DNA of 64,000 bases from Anthoceros angustus (Eukaryota > Plantae > Anthocerotophyta): NCBI GenBank assembly GCA_010909165.1, contig MU008177.1:930001-994000 (forward strand). Reading direction: 5' to 3'. This document shows, one piece after another, positions 23,690-36,100 of the stretch. Both the position numbers and the translations under genes were made by a program. Below the pieces are notes generated by a model. That model had not been told where the DNA came from, ran no database searches, and was given only the letters and a program-made list of their open reading frames with translations. Each line of letters opens with the position of its first letter. The stretch's first letter is position 1.

Positions 23690-26600
23690 ATGGAGAGGCG
23701 GGCAGGTTCCTCCTCCTCCGCCTTCACACTGGGAAGCGGGGATGCCAGTGATTCCGTTCAGGAGGCGGATTTGGTGAGGGAATCGCTTTACGCTCTACAG
23801 GGCATTCCTGCAGCCGTGAGGAGGCTTGAGCAATTGGCAGAAGTTTACCTGTCGACGGAAGCTGACAAACGCGCCCTGCGTGCAGCGGGAACGATCTGGT
23901 CTCGCACTGCCAGCTCAAAGGCTGTGGGGAAGTTGTTGCAGGAATTTGCTGAAGCTGGAAGAGTGCGGTGCTGCTTGGACCTCTTTGCTAATTTCTTCTT
24001 GGAGGATAAACCAGCATTCCACTCAGGCCAGCAAGTCGGGACAGACGGGAGGCATGGCGGGGCACGATATGCCTATCACGGCTTGTCCGATTCTGAAAAG
24101 AAGCAGTTGAAGGAGCTGCAAAGGAAGCGTTGGGCTGCGTACCGCCAGGTTAAGCTCGCGTCTTGTGGGCTTGTAAATCAAGCGTTTGCCAAAGCCGTGA
24201 AGAGCATCGCATTGGGGCATAGTGCTGCGCTCGGGACGTTGGTGGACTCGGTTTGCTACCGCAGACTGAGAAGCTTGAACCAGGGATTTGATCCCCGGTT
24301 CAAGAAAGGCAAGGATGGACCGGTCTCGGACGGTCCGATTGGTCTCAGAGATGTGACTTTACTGGAGCTTTTTCTACACACCAAGGACCTGAGGAGCCAC
24401 CTGCACGCACTAGCCGCCATTTGCTTTTTTCAGAGAGGATCTGATCCTCGATGGACCTCAGACTTTCTGTCTTGCGCACCAAGTTTCTTGGAGACAGCAG
24501 ATGGAAGGACAAGGTCTATTGAAGAATCAGCCTTGATTTTCAGTCAGTGGCACGATTTTTTGTTGGTCGTTCAAGGCTTTCCGAGAGGGGCTGACTTATT
24601 ATCTTACCTGCACTCGAGGTTGCTGGTAACACACCACTCTGTTTCTATGTTGGCTATCTGGTGACCGCTAATAATTTCAGCAAGCTAGTGCAGCATTTCT
24701 AATACCTTCACTGGACAGATATCTGCTATGTTATGGAGATTTGATGGTTAAACATTTCAGGATGCAGATTCACGTCAGGCCGAGCTTTTGCGATTCTTAT
24801 TTGCACGGGCCTGGGGACCTTATTCGGTCTTCATACGGTCTTGGTTATACCACGCCACTGTAACAGATCCATATGCTGAGTTTATTGTGGAACCATCACC
24901 ACCTCTGCACAAGCTAGGGTCTGTTCAGGACTACGAGCAGACTACGATCATGGACTCGAAGGTGTGATTTCCTTGTCCATCCTCTCGCAAACTGCTTCAA
25001 CCTGAGAAACATTGTTTTGTATTATATCCACCATGTTCAAGCAAACCTTTTGCAGGTCCGGGCAGGAGGAACTGTGCCTAGTTTTTTGAAGCAAGTTTGC
25101 AATCCTTTGGTTCTCGCTGGGCAACAGCTACAAGTCCTTCTGAGACTTCCTGAGACTCGCGAATTTGCACGGCAAATACCTGGGTACATGTCTCTGGTGG
25201 ATTCAACAGATGAAGTCAGGGACAGACCAGAAAATTTTTGGGGTGACAAGTCATCTATGTTTTCAGCACTCTTGTTTAACAAACAAATGCTGGATGAGAG
25301 TTTGCAATTGCGGCATGAAAGGAGCCAAGGGATGACCAAACATTTTATGGAGCTGTTTGAAGTTCTGATGTCAAGAGACCAGTCGGGCCAGAAGGATCCA
25401 GGAGAGATGAACACTGAGCAGCTTATGGTATGCAAGTCCAATGTCTGAAAAGTTCTGCATTGTTTTGTGCTCTGAGTGTGACAAGTCAATTAATTCAGTT
25501 TCAAGTCTGTGCAGGTAGAGTCATCAGCGCGTGATGACTTGCATGAAAGTATCCACGAGTTTCAGTTTGGGCTTCCTTCACACCAAGATGAAGCACTTTC
25601 ATTCGAATCATTGAGCTTGTAAGATATGTTTCCTAGTTTTACTGTGAGGTTCATGTGGATACTTCCTTTTGCTATTCTATATCATTCCCCCCGTTTTAGC
25701 TTTTTGCAGGCATTCAGTGTCCACTTTCATGGGTTCTGAACAAATCCTCGAATCTGGCCTGGAAGATCTTAGGGTATTATCAGTCAACAGATGTTCATCC
25801 AACACATTTGAAATTGACAGCAATGGCCATGGAATAGGGGTACCAAGAGGATCCGGATCAGATAGCTTTGTCACTGCTGTGCTTACCCTGACTGATCAAT
25901 CGGAAGTACAATCCATCCAGCTTGAGTCACAGATAGCTGGGAATGAAAGTGAGGGTGAAGAGCTACCAAGTGAGGTTGCACCGGAGAGTTTGACATTCGG
26001 AGTTTCTGGCTCAGCTCAGGCCATGGACAAAGTTGGGTCGTCTCTTCGTAATGACCTCCCAGTGTGGTTAAAGGGGCTCCAGCATGCAGGCTTGAAGGAA
26101 GCAGGAGATTTACCGTTGGTGTCTCAGGAAATCTCAAGGAATGAAAGAGACGATGGCATGAACAAGTGGACTGTTATGACCAGCAATGGACGTGCTGATT
26201 CCTATACAAACAGTGTAGTGATCAGGGATGCCTTTGGTAGAACTCCTGAATGCAAGATTGGCATGAAGTCTGGTTCTTTGCGACCATCTAGCAGAGCAAG
26301 TGGGACAGATATTTCTGACAATGGGAAACTCGTCCCTTTTTATTCCCACCCAGAGAGCCTCTTAGGTTCCAATGATTCAAGGGATATTGGGGAAGTCAAT
26401 GTCCTGTGGTGCCAAATGACCAGCTACAGGGAAAATGACCAGAATACTGAATCTTTTCTTTCGGATTACCTGAAAGCAGTATGGCCAATAGATGAACTCC
26501 CTGGCAATCCTTTCCTTCTCTCTAGACCAGCAAATGTTAGCCAGTTCTACTCCTATAGCCCCATTTCCTTTCCTGAAAATGAAGATAGTTGGGATATTGG

Positions 26601-29371
26601 TGCAAAGACTGTAGACAGTGAAGCATACTCTGGGCGATATTTTGATCAAATCCCAAAAGATCCACTACGTAGAAGGAGAGTTTTTGCTGAGTTACCCCTT
26701 GGCAACCCTTCAGAGTTCTTGTTCCTGAACAAGCATTTGTCACACTCACAAGGAAAAGCAGTATGGCCAAGCTCATTCGATCTTGGTAGCGATAAGAAAG
26801 GTAGTGATCAGAATGGATCACAGATTGAACAGCAGGGGTCATTGATTTCTGATGAGTTTGTACGTGATCTCCAGACAAATCAAGCCAGACACCAGAGCAC
26901 AGTTTCTGAAATTCCTTCGAAAGCTGCTGGTTTTGCAAGGTTCGAAAGTCTGAATACTCACATTGAGAAGGCCTTGAAATCGAGAAATTCTGGTCATTTT
27001 GGAATGTCTCAAATAATAGGTACAGGCTTTGACAGAAGTGGCTTGACTCAACGCCAAGGGCATACTGAGAATACTTCCATTCGTTGGGACTTGAGGAAGG
27101 TTTCTGTGCAACTGACTTCTGCATGCTGGCAGGCATCCCAGGAGCCCATCATTCCAGCTTATGAGAAAGGCCTAGACGAGCAGCATTTGAATGACAACGA
27201 CCTGAAAGGGTCGTCTGGCCAGGTAGCCATTGGCAATTGTGTGAAAAATATTCCGGGGGATGCTGCCAGTTTGGGAAGTGGTACGAGTCAGGTGGGTGTT
27301 ACTACCAGCCATGCAGAGGACGGTACTAGGACTGGAGATGGCATTCTTATTCAGGAGATAAGCATAGGACAGCGCCCCACTAGAGTAAGGGAAGAGTTTG
27401 AACGAGGGTCCTGGGAAGAGCGCTCAGTAATACCAATGGATGATAAAGGAGCTGTAGAAAACCATGAGGAACAAAGGGGCAATGTGGGTGTGGATGGTGA
27501 AATTCCCTTTGCAGTTGTTGTCGAGAAAAGTATTGTTGAGGAGATTATGCTACAGTATCCTGATTGTTATGTCAATTATGCCTGACCATTGAGATAGAAT
27601 CTGCGTCTCCCTTTGCAGCATGTCTTGGTGGGGCCTGAGGCACTTAACGCATTGTAGATACCAGTGTGTAAGCCTCTTCACTGTGAAGGTGTTACTTGAA
27701 GGATTGCATCTCCGTGATCATTATGCTGCTCTTCGCCGTTATTTTTTTCTGGAGAAGGCAGACTGGGCAGATAACTTTGTTTCTGCCCTGTCCGAGCATG
27801 TAAGCTCATCAACCATGTGTCCGCACCTTGCTTTTGCAAATCCAGTACTTCAGTTGCTGCTGTTTTGATTTTCGTCCTTCCCAACTTTGTCCAGAAGTGG
27901 AGCTCGTTAGGTGGTCGGTCTAAGCTGCTGGCTGTGCAACGGATGTTGGAAGGTTCACTGCAACGCTCTTCATGTGAAGGAGATGAGTTTGCTGAGAGGT
28001 TGTACATATGCAGCGTTGATGCAGCTGAAGATACTAGGGCCCACACAACTTCAACTGCCTTTGCTGCGTCTGAAAGTAAGTCACGCCAAGATGGAGACCT
28101 CAGTGGTTGGGTTCTCTGCAGATGTGATTAAGATTGATTCTGCAGGTCCTTATTTGTAACCAGCATGCTCACTTTTGCAGGTTTACAGACCTTTGATTCA
28201 ACAAATATGGGGTACAGGGTGGACTGGCCACTGACACTTGTTCTTACTCCTGATGCATTGAAGGAATATGGTTCTGTGTTCAGTTTTCTGATCCGAATAA
28301 AGTCCACAACGCATACCTTGTCAAATATTTGGGAGTCTCTGAAGGTGCACATTCCGTAGAAACGTGTGTAATTTACCTCAACTTGTTCATAGTTGACGTC
28401 GTGTGCACTTACGCCTGGAGTTGCACCCTCACGTTTATGATGCAGGTTATTGGGCATGACCATAGAGATGCGATTGCAAAACATCAGCATCAAAAGGACT
28501 GTTTCCGCATGCTGCAGCTCTTCAGGTTTGTCATTTGGGAATCTAACATGTCAAACATCCGTCTGTCTACGAGATTGTCTTACTCGGCGATTTCAACAGG
28601 TGGCAAGTTTGTCATTTCGTGACATCCCTACAGCAGTACCTGGAGTCGAAGCTCCTATACGTTGTGTGGAGCAAATTTCTGCAGGCGGCTGAGTATGAGG
28701 CATGCTTCTGTTGTCCTTTACAAGCACAAACTGTGGCTTAAGATGCTAGTGGTTGGATCGGTTGTTAACATGATGACTGTGCTGCGGACATTTCAGGGAA
28801 AGGACATATATGATCTAGAAGCTCTACATAGATCCTACCTGGAGGAGGCGACAAACTGGTGCGACTTTCTACCCATCTCGGATGTGGCAACTTGTCGGGC
28901 CAACAACCTAATGTATCGATTCTGGTGTGCTCACAGCTGCTTTCTCTCGAAAAGCATGGCGGTCGTGAGGAGCTCAGTGAATGAAATCCTGCAGTCCGTG
29001 TTCGATTTTCAGATGTACTTGAGAATTGCTATAACAAGTATGGATGACAATGTGCTAAGTGATCAGCTGTACCGTCAGGTAATACCATCTGCACTCTTTG
29101 ATACGGTGGCAGGCGCACTCAGCGGAATGTCGTGCCAAGTGCTCCAACTTACAGTCGCTGCCACGTACTGCAGGCTTGCCAGCTGAACAACACGTTCCAC
29201 CAGTCGCTTCGGCACTTGGATTCCTGCCGCCACAAGCCCAAGTATCGGTCCTTACTGGTCGACTTCTGGATGTATCTCGACCACAGTGGCTTTTTGACGA
29301 ACGCCTGCTTGCAACCCAGGCCCGCAGCCGGGCCAAATGTTTCAAACCTAGCCTTGTTAACGCCATTGTAA
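23690..29371 (+). CDS. GCP6: Gamma-tubulin complex component 6 (Spc97/98 family), multi-exon with a long central insertion exon (~25710-27555)
   Basis: EADLVRESLYALQG, LVNQAFAKAV, FPRGADLLSYL, VPSFLKQVCNPLVLAGQQLQVL, LRRYFFLEKADWADNF and GYRVDWPLTLVLTP. The large low-complexity insert is typical of GCP6. Confidence 0.85.
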
Positions 29372-29699
29372 TATCTCACATCCTGTGCTTTTCATCTCTT
29401 CCCTCAGGATATCCCACATCCAGGGTTTTCGATGCTTCTCTTCTATTTCTCAGACTCGTGCACCAGGTGGCCTAGTCCCCGGCGCAAGCAACCGGTATGG
29501 CGTCATGCATCTCACACCGTGGCAAGCAACAAAGTGTCCCAACCAAAAACCGACTATTGGCGCCATGGGAATGGCGGCACCTGTTGCTGCAACTGGTTCC
29601 CAGGTAGAGAGACTATATACTAGTTGACCCCGTGCACAGATCTGAGCTCGCAGAACACGCATGGCTGGGTGCAGAAGTGAGAAAGAAGCCAGAGATTCA

Positions 29700-30509
29700 A
29701 TGGCAGAAATGAAGGGGCAGAAGTTGCTGCTCCTGCTGTTGTGCATTTGCATTGCTGCAGCACTTGTACCGTGCGCGGATGGAAAAAGCAGTGGAGTCAC
29801 TGCGCACCGGGTGTACACAGTCGGCAATCAGTATGGATGGAGACGGCCTCCCGCGGACTACCCGGGCCTCTTGGAGCACTGGGCTAGCAGATATGAAATT
29901 GTGTTCGTCCCCAACATCCTCTTGCGTGAGTGCCGAACTTCGAATTGAATTTCTGCTTGAATCTCGTCCTCCTGCAGGCGCGGCATTGCTTGCCTCTGCT
30001 GATTCCTACAATCTGACGTCGGTCTACATGTTGGGTGTGCAGGATTCGATAACCATGGGGACAACGTGACTGTGACGTTAGTCCACAATCCTGCGAACCC
30101 GACGGAGCCGTGCGACACCACTCCCTTGTCCCTTTTCGACAGCAGCACCTACGCGAGCCTCCCTGCGGATGTCACAGTCCCTTTCTGCGGTACGTATCGG
30201 GCGCTGAGCACCAGCCCCGGGGACTGTGAAGCCGGGTTGCATATGGACTTTGTGGTGCGTTGCTTACCCGGAGAGCCGGTACCCAGCCCCGGCGTCCCCT
30301 TGGCTCCACCTCCATCTTCCCTGCCCCCGCAACAGCCAGCTCCAGAGCCAGCTCCCTCGCCGTCAGACGAACCACCAGACAGTGAAGGCGAAGAGGCAGC
30401 TCCCGCGCCCGCCCCCTTGAGTGGTGGTGCTATTGGCCGCCCCGGGGCGGGAGCCCAGTACGCGGTTTTCGTGACTGTCGCTCTTGGACTGTCGTTGCTG
30501 CTCGTCTGA
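29700..30509 (+). CDS. Phytocyanin/early-nodulin-like chimeric AGP (signal peptide, plastocyanin-like domain, Pro-rich tail, GPI-like C-terminus); intron ~29926-30042
   Basis: VYTVGNQYGW..P....LEHWAS, C..., PGDCEAGLHMDFVV, PAPEPAPSP and a hydrophobic C-terminus. Confidence 0.8.
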
Positions 30510-31139
30510 ATGTAGCACCTCCGACCTGTAGGCTGCAGCTCGTCGACGCCCTGGGCCAGCTCTCCATTAGATTGCGCGATTGTGCTACTGAGGCTAGTTC
30601 GTACAAGTTCCTTCTGTACAAGTTCCTCAGTCCTTCCTGTGTGTGTTAGTCGTCTCGCGCTGGGTTGGCAAGCGCTGCGTTTTCAGTGTTGTAGGCGATG
30701 CACATCTTCAGACACTGCTTGTACATGACTTCATTTTCCCCAACGTTGTCCATACATAGCTTCCAGGAGAAGCTGCTCAGATAAGAGCTTCGTGCACTCT
30801 TAGAGGTGTGAGCGTATGCAGTATTACAAAGGGGCTCGAATGGGATGCGACAAAGATGCCTAACATGTTCTGTGGCCCATGTACTTTCGAACTCCCCATC
30901 AAATATGTACTGCTCCTGTGCACAATGTGCAGTACATAGTTCTTGTCGGTTGTACTGTTGAAGAATGGACACCTGCAGCCGGTGCACAGAGCTCAGCAGA
31001 CCAGCTGGTAGCAGAGTGCTGGTGAAAGATGAAAGACGCACGCATGCTTTGCCCCCGCAGAATAAGTACCACCACCGAGGCCCCCGACGATTCACCAGGA
31101 CCTGGTGGACGAATTGAATCCATTGCATCAGCCCACCAG

Positions 31140-32278
31140 CATCCGTTCGCCGCACCAGCCGTACCAAGGTATGGTTATCAAATTTTCAAGTGAGGGCGGT
31201 TTCCCCGAGAGACTGGATGAGGGAGACTTTATTAAAAAGAAGAGAATGGAAAACCCATCTACCCCATCCGAGGGGGGCAACCCACTAAAGGGCCAAGAGC
31301 CACGGCTGCCAACCCCCAAGCTACCTACCGCCCTGATTATGTTGTGGTATGAGATAAGGAAAGGGCTGCCAACCCCCAAGCTACCTACGCCCAGATTATG
31401 ATGTTGTGGTATGAGATGAGGAAAGGCCTGCTTATAACTGGTGCCAATAATGCTACGTCTCCTACGCTCGTTGTCGTCCTGTAAATAGCGTTGGCTAGTG
31501 CCCTTTGCAGGGCAATGGATACCCTCTATCGAAAGAAAGCCACAACCGAGGAAAGAGGGAGACCCACCCCGTTCCGACGACTGTGGTAGGCTTTAGCACA
31601 ATCCTTAATGAGCTGGAAAAAATCCTTGCCCATAGCCCCGTGAGTCTCAATGGCAAGGGGATGAAAGCTTGGCTGTCCTACAAAGATGTGTACTTGTGTA
31701 CCTTGGCCGTCATGCATCCCTCCGCTGCCCAGCCCAGAAGGTTGATAATGACATGCTCACAAATGGAGTTCCGAGTAGGGTCCGTTATGACGACATCCGC
31801 AATAGAGATTTGGTCTCCTCAGATCAGAAATAGATTCACCTTGAGCAACAACCCATTGCGCAGGGTATATGGACGCTCCTTGTATGGAAAATAACCACTC
31901 TCCTTGGCCATCGAGAATATGGCGCCGCCATGCGTATGTACATTGCCCACCAATTGACAGCAAGCTGTGGGACCACAGGTCATTTAGGGAGGCCCCATAG
32001 TCAGCGGTGAGAGAGAGAACAAGCCGGTAGGACCAAACCCAGACGGAACCTCATCGCAGTAGAAAAAAAAGTTGGTGCGATTCGGAACGCCTAGATGCAA
32101 GGCAGAGCTAGCAGCCAAGAGCCTGCTCCCTTCCCCGAGCAAGAGCGGATGCAGGCACAAACAAGCCGAGGAATAGAAGAGTCCAAAAGGATTGCCCGTT
32201 GTGCCTGCCCATAATGCTTTTCTTGCAGAGAGGCCTGAAGCCCACGTACCCTTTCCACAAAAAAACGAGGAAAAGGGA
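31140..32278 (-). mobile_element. 3' half of a degenerate CRE-like (RLE-bearing) non-LTR retrotransposon; left boundary approximate
   Basis: IRSCSGKGAGSWLLALP..FSTAMRFRLGL, ADVVITDP and FHPLAIETHGAMG...RVSIALQRALANAI. A ~60-bp tandem duplication lies at 31303-31425. Confidence 0.7.
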
Positions 32279-33152
32279 TGTTTGAATAAACCCCCGTTTA
32301 GGGTTTAGGCTAACCATAGTTGGGGTTTAGTTAATTAAGCAGACCAGCAGTTACTGTTGGGTTAAGTCAGGATGGAGAGACGCGACTCTATGAGAGTCTT
32401 GTATAAACGATGGGCGTGTGCTCATAATATTATTATTCACTCAAGCATAACACAAGTGTATTCGAGTCTTTTCTCATGGTATCAGAGCACCATGTCTCTG
32501 ATCCTAATTGATTCTATGTTGTCTACCCTCTACTCTGGACGCTCGTGGTGAGACATATAACCGGGCACACTACCGCCGACTTAATATGGCCCCTGGATTA
32601 CATGCAGGCATAGACTCACCACTGCGCATAAAATCAGATTTAGAAAAATGGGTAAAACAAAAGACATAAGAAATAACTCTCCGCTGCGCAGATCTGGCTA
32701 CACAGCAGATCATGCAATTTAGAGAAAATGCCCAGGCGAGGCTTTACGAAACCCGCACACCATCGGTGTTCTTCCCCTCATGAGCGAAATTTCAGATTGC
32801 AAAATCACACCAAGGCTCGACAACCAGACCATGCATGGTCGGGAGCAATCTTTTCGTTACGAGCACCAACCTTGGTACTCTGCAGGATTTTTCAACTCTA
32901 AAAACAGGTTCAAGCCACCGCTCAGACATCTCCAAAATCAAACCTCAGAAGATCTGACACAAATTGCAGCCAAAATTGATTATTTGGTTTACCAGCAAGC
33001 TCGAATTCTGGCGTTTCTCAAGATTATCATGGCGCGTGAGACTACACAGGAGGCCGCGGCACAATCCTTGCCGTTCACCTCCAGATATCAACCGTTGTGA
33101 AGGTCTGAAGCGTTGGCGTCCTTTCAGGGACCCAGGCGTTGCTCACGGCGAC

Positions 33153-36100
33153 TGTAAACGATCTGGTATTGGAAACTCCCTGTTGGATTGTGTCTTTGAG
33201 TGATTTTTTGTTTTTTTTTGTTAAGTTTGGTGTCAAGAAGAGCTAGGTTATGAGTAGGAAGGGATATTTATAGTAGAAAGTGTCCTTGGCCTATGAGTTT
33301 TTGGGGTTGTTTTGTGGGTTAAATAATAATCGGTCCTTGGACTATGAACTCGATACTCCTTGGCCTTTGGTCTTGGAATATTTAATAAAAGGCCTATATA
33401 TGGGGGGGGGGTCCCCATATTTGGCAGGTCCGTAGGCTAGAGGTCGAACCAACCGGCGGTAGTTGAATTGGTGTGTGGTCACGATTGTGCGGGACTATGT
33501 TTCAAGACGGTTGGCGAATCTCGGGCGGTCGTGGAAGGAAGGAGCGGTCGCGGAAGAAGAAGTGGTAGGAAGCCGGCTGGCCGAGAGTTTCCGGGAAATA
33601 TAACCCTAAGGGAACTCGGAAAGGCACAGGCGCGCTGGCGGGGGTAGCTCCAGACGATCCCGACAGGCACGAGCTCGCACGAGGTCAGAAGGGCAGCCCG
33701 TGGCGGCGGGAGCTCGCGATTCTCGGAAGGAAGAAACCCCGGGGATTGACCAAGTTGGAGATTCGAGGCGAGTTATCAGCAATTGAGGCGTGGGCGTGAG
33801 GGTTTTGCAGAGCATGGCGCCCAAGGTTGCAGTGAATTTGCCTAATGGCCAAATATGGACCATTGAGGGTCCGAGGTGGAGGATTGGTGAGGGAGCCGGG
33901 ACTTGGGATCATGGAAAACAAAGGAGAGTTTATGGGAGGATTTTCCGATCAAGAACGAGGAAGGAGGACCCATAAATTCAAAGAAGGACGAAGGGCCAAA
34001 GCGACCAAATCGGAGGAGTGCGGAGATAACATGGGCGGGAGTAGTGGCATCCTAGGAATAGAACTTTGGATAGGATGCCATCTTGGACCTAAGGCCGTCC
34101 GAAATTGTAGGGCGCTGCTCAAATTTTAGGACTGGAAAGTCCGGTGGCTATGACGCCCAAAGAATTGTATAAAGGGGCTTGGTTGTGCCCCTCACATCGA
34201 GATAACTCTGGTTGAGATCCCCACGCTGCGTGGCTGGTTGGAGACGTCCGATTGACAGAGGTGGTGTGCGAGGCGCTCCTAGGGGTGGTCGAGCTTGCGC
34301 AACCGGGGAGGAGGGGTGATAGAGCAATCTTGACAAAGGAGGAGGAAACCAAGGGATTGGCGGGGGTCCGGAGCTTGCTCGTAACGCGGACGGGGGTTCT
34401 TCTTTCCTTCACCCTTGTTCCCGAGTTGTGTTCAAATTGAGAGAGAAGTGTTGAGTGGATGGAAGGCTCATAATGAGGAGAGAGAGAGAGAGAGAGAAGA
34501 TTGGGTGAAGGAGTGATGAACCTGCACGCACGAGGTGTAAGAGGAGTTGAGAAGGGAACTAATTGAGAGACTACGGTGGAGATTTGTGTGGATCCAAAAG
34601 AATCCAAACCGGTCTTGGTGGAAGTGTGCACAAGAGGAAAGCTCCTTGTAAAATTGTGTGAGTGTGGCGCCTTGTGTGTGTGTGTGTGTGTGAGGGATTT
34701 GTGGAACTTTGGTCCCTAGGAATCGGTGTGTGTGTGCATGAAGTGTGGAGTGCAAAGTCCGATCCGGTACGCAGACGCCTGCGGATCCGCGCGGCCGAAA
34801 TAAGTCGCTAGGGTTTGGCGTGGGACCCACCGAGTCAAGCAACTACCCAGAGGTGAGAGCCGCGTGTGGAATAAGATTTGCGGTCGTGGAATAAGATTTG
34901 TGGTCGTGGAATAAGATTCGTGGTTGTGGAATAAGATCGTGGAATAAGATTTGTGGTCGTGGAATAAGATTCGTGGTTGTGGAATAAGATCGTGGTAGTT
35001 AGACAAGTCGGAGGTAGTAGTAGTTGAGTAGATAGGTAAGAGGAGTAATAGGTAAGTCCCGACTTAGGTGAAGGTCGAGCGATAGTTAGCGCCTCGGCAC
35101 AAACCATTCCCTTGGGAGCGAATCCTAAGCCTACAACGACATTGAGGGTGAATGTGGACCTCACGGTGTCCCTAGACACAAATTCACACTCCACATTTTG
35201 GCGCTGTCGGGAATGAATCACAAGGACGAGGTAGAACTAACCATAGCCTAAGTAGAGTCTAGCATTACTAGATTGATAGATGGATGCCTCGGGTGAAGAC
35301 AAGCGACTGATCCGATGGGGAAACGCGGCAAGCGACAACGCAAGCAGGAAGATTGAGAGAGTTACGAGGAGGCGGGGGAGATCACTTGGACGAGGAAGAG
35401 GAGCAGGAGTCGACTGAATCGGGGATCGGAATCGGATCATTCCCAACTCTCACTACGGCGGTAAGGGCCGTACCCAACCCGACCCCGCCTTTGATCTCCG
35501 CTCCAGATTGCCACCGTCACACCAAACTTGTGGTCACCGACGAAGGTATCCGCCAACTCAGCTGCTGAAAGTACTACCACGGTAGCTATGACTACTACTC
35601 AGTTGTTACCACTAAGCACCCACCTGCTGTATGGAGAAAGAAGGGCCATGAGGATCCCGACGAGTTTGTCGAGCTGCTTTGAGCCCGACGCCACAACCGT
35701 GAGGAGGATGCGAACGTGCCCACTGCTTTATGGAGTCTTGCGAGCGGCCAAGTGGTACAAGCGAGAGTACATAGCTTTCCACACCCCAACCACCTTTGAG
35801 GCCTTGAAGAGGGCTTTTTGTGAAAGGTTCAGAGGAGTTGATGTGGAAGGATATGTCTTGTCCAAGCTTGAGAGATTGCGGAGAGGGCAGAAGGAGACGC
35901 TGCAGGCTTATGTGGAAAGGTTCCACACCGGATCGGCCGGACCTCACTCGGAGTTAATGGCAACTGGTTTGCAAGAGGATTGGGCGGAGATGGGAAGCAC
36001 GACGCTCCAAGCTGAGAAAGACTTGGATTGGGCGATCAAGGCCGCCCGAACTACGAGAGGAGTCCAATGCGAGAAAAGAAATCAAGAAGGGATACGGAGA

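Noticed and set aside
25669-27585. Stand-alone 638-aa orphan gene
   Set aside because: It is the long internal exon of GCP6.
32477-33150. Endogenous caulimovirid suggested by TGGTATCAGAGC (also at 7562)
   Set aside because: The motif is the PBS of Copia elements. No movement or coat protein ORFs are seen.
34866-34990. CRISPR-like short repeats (also 8422-8620 and 58241-58377)
   Set aside because: No unique spacers and no cas genes, in a eukaryotic LTR or intergenic context.
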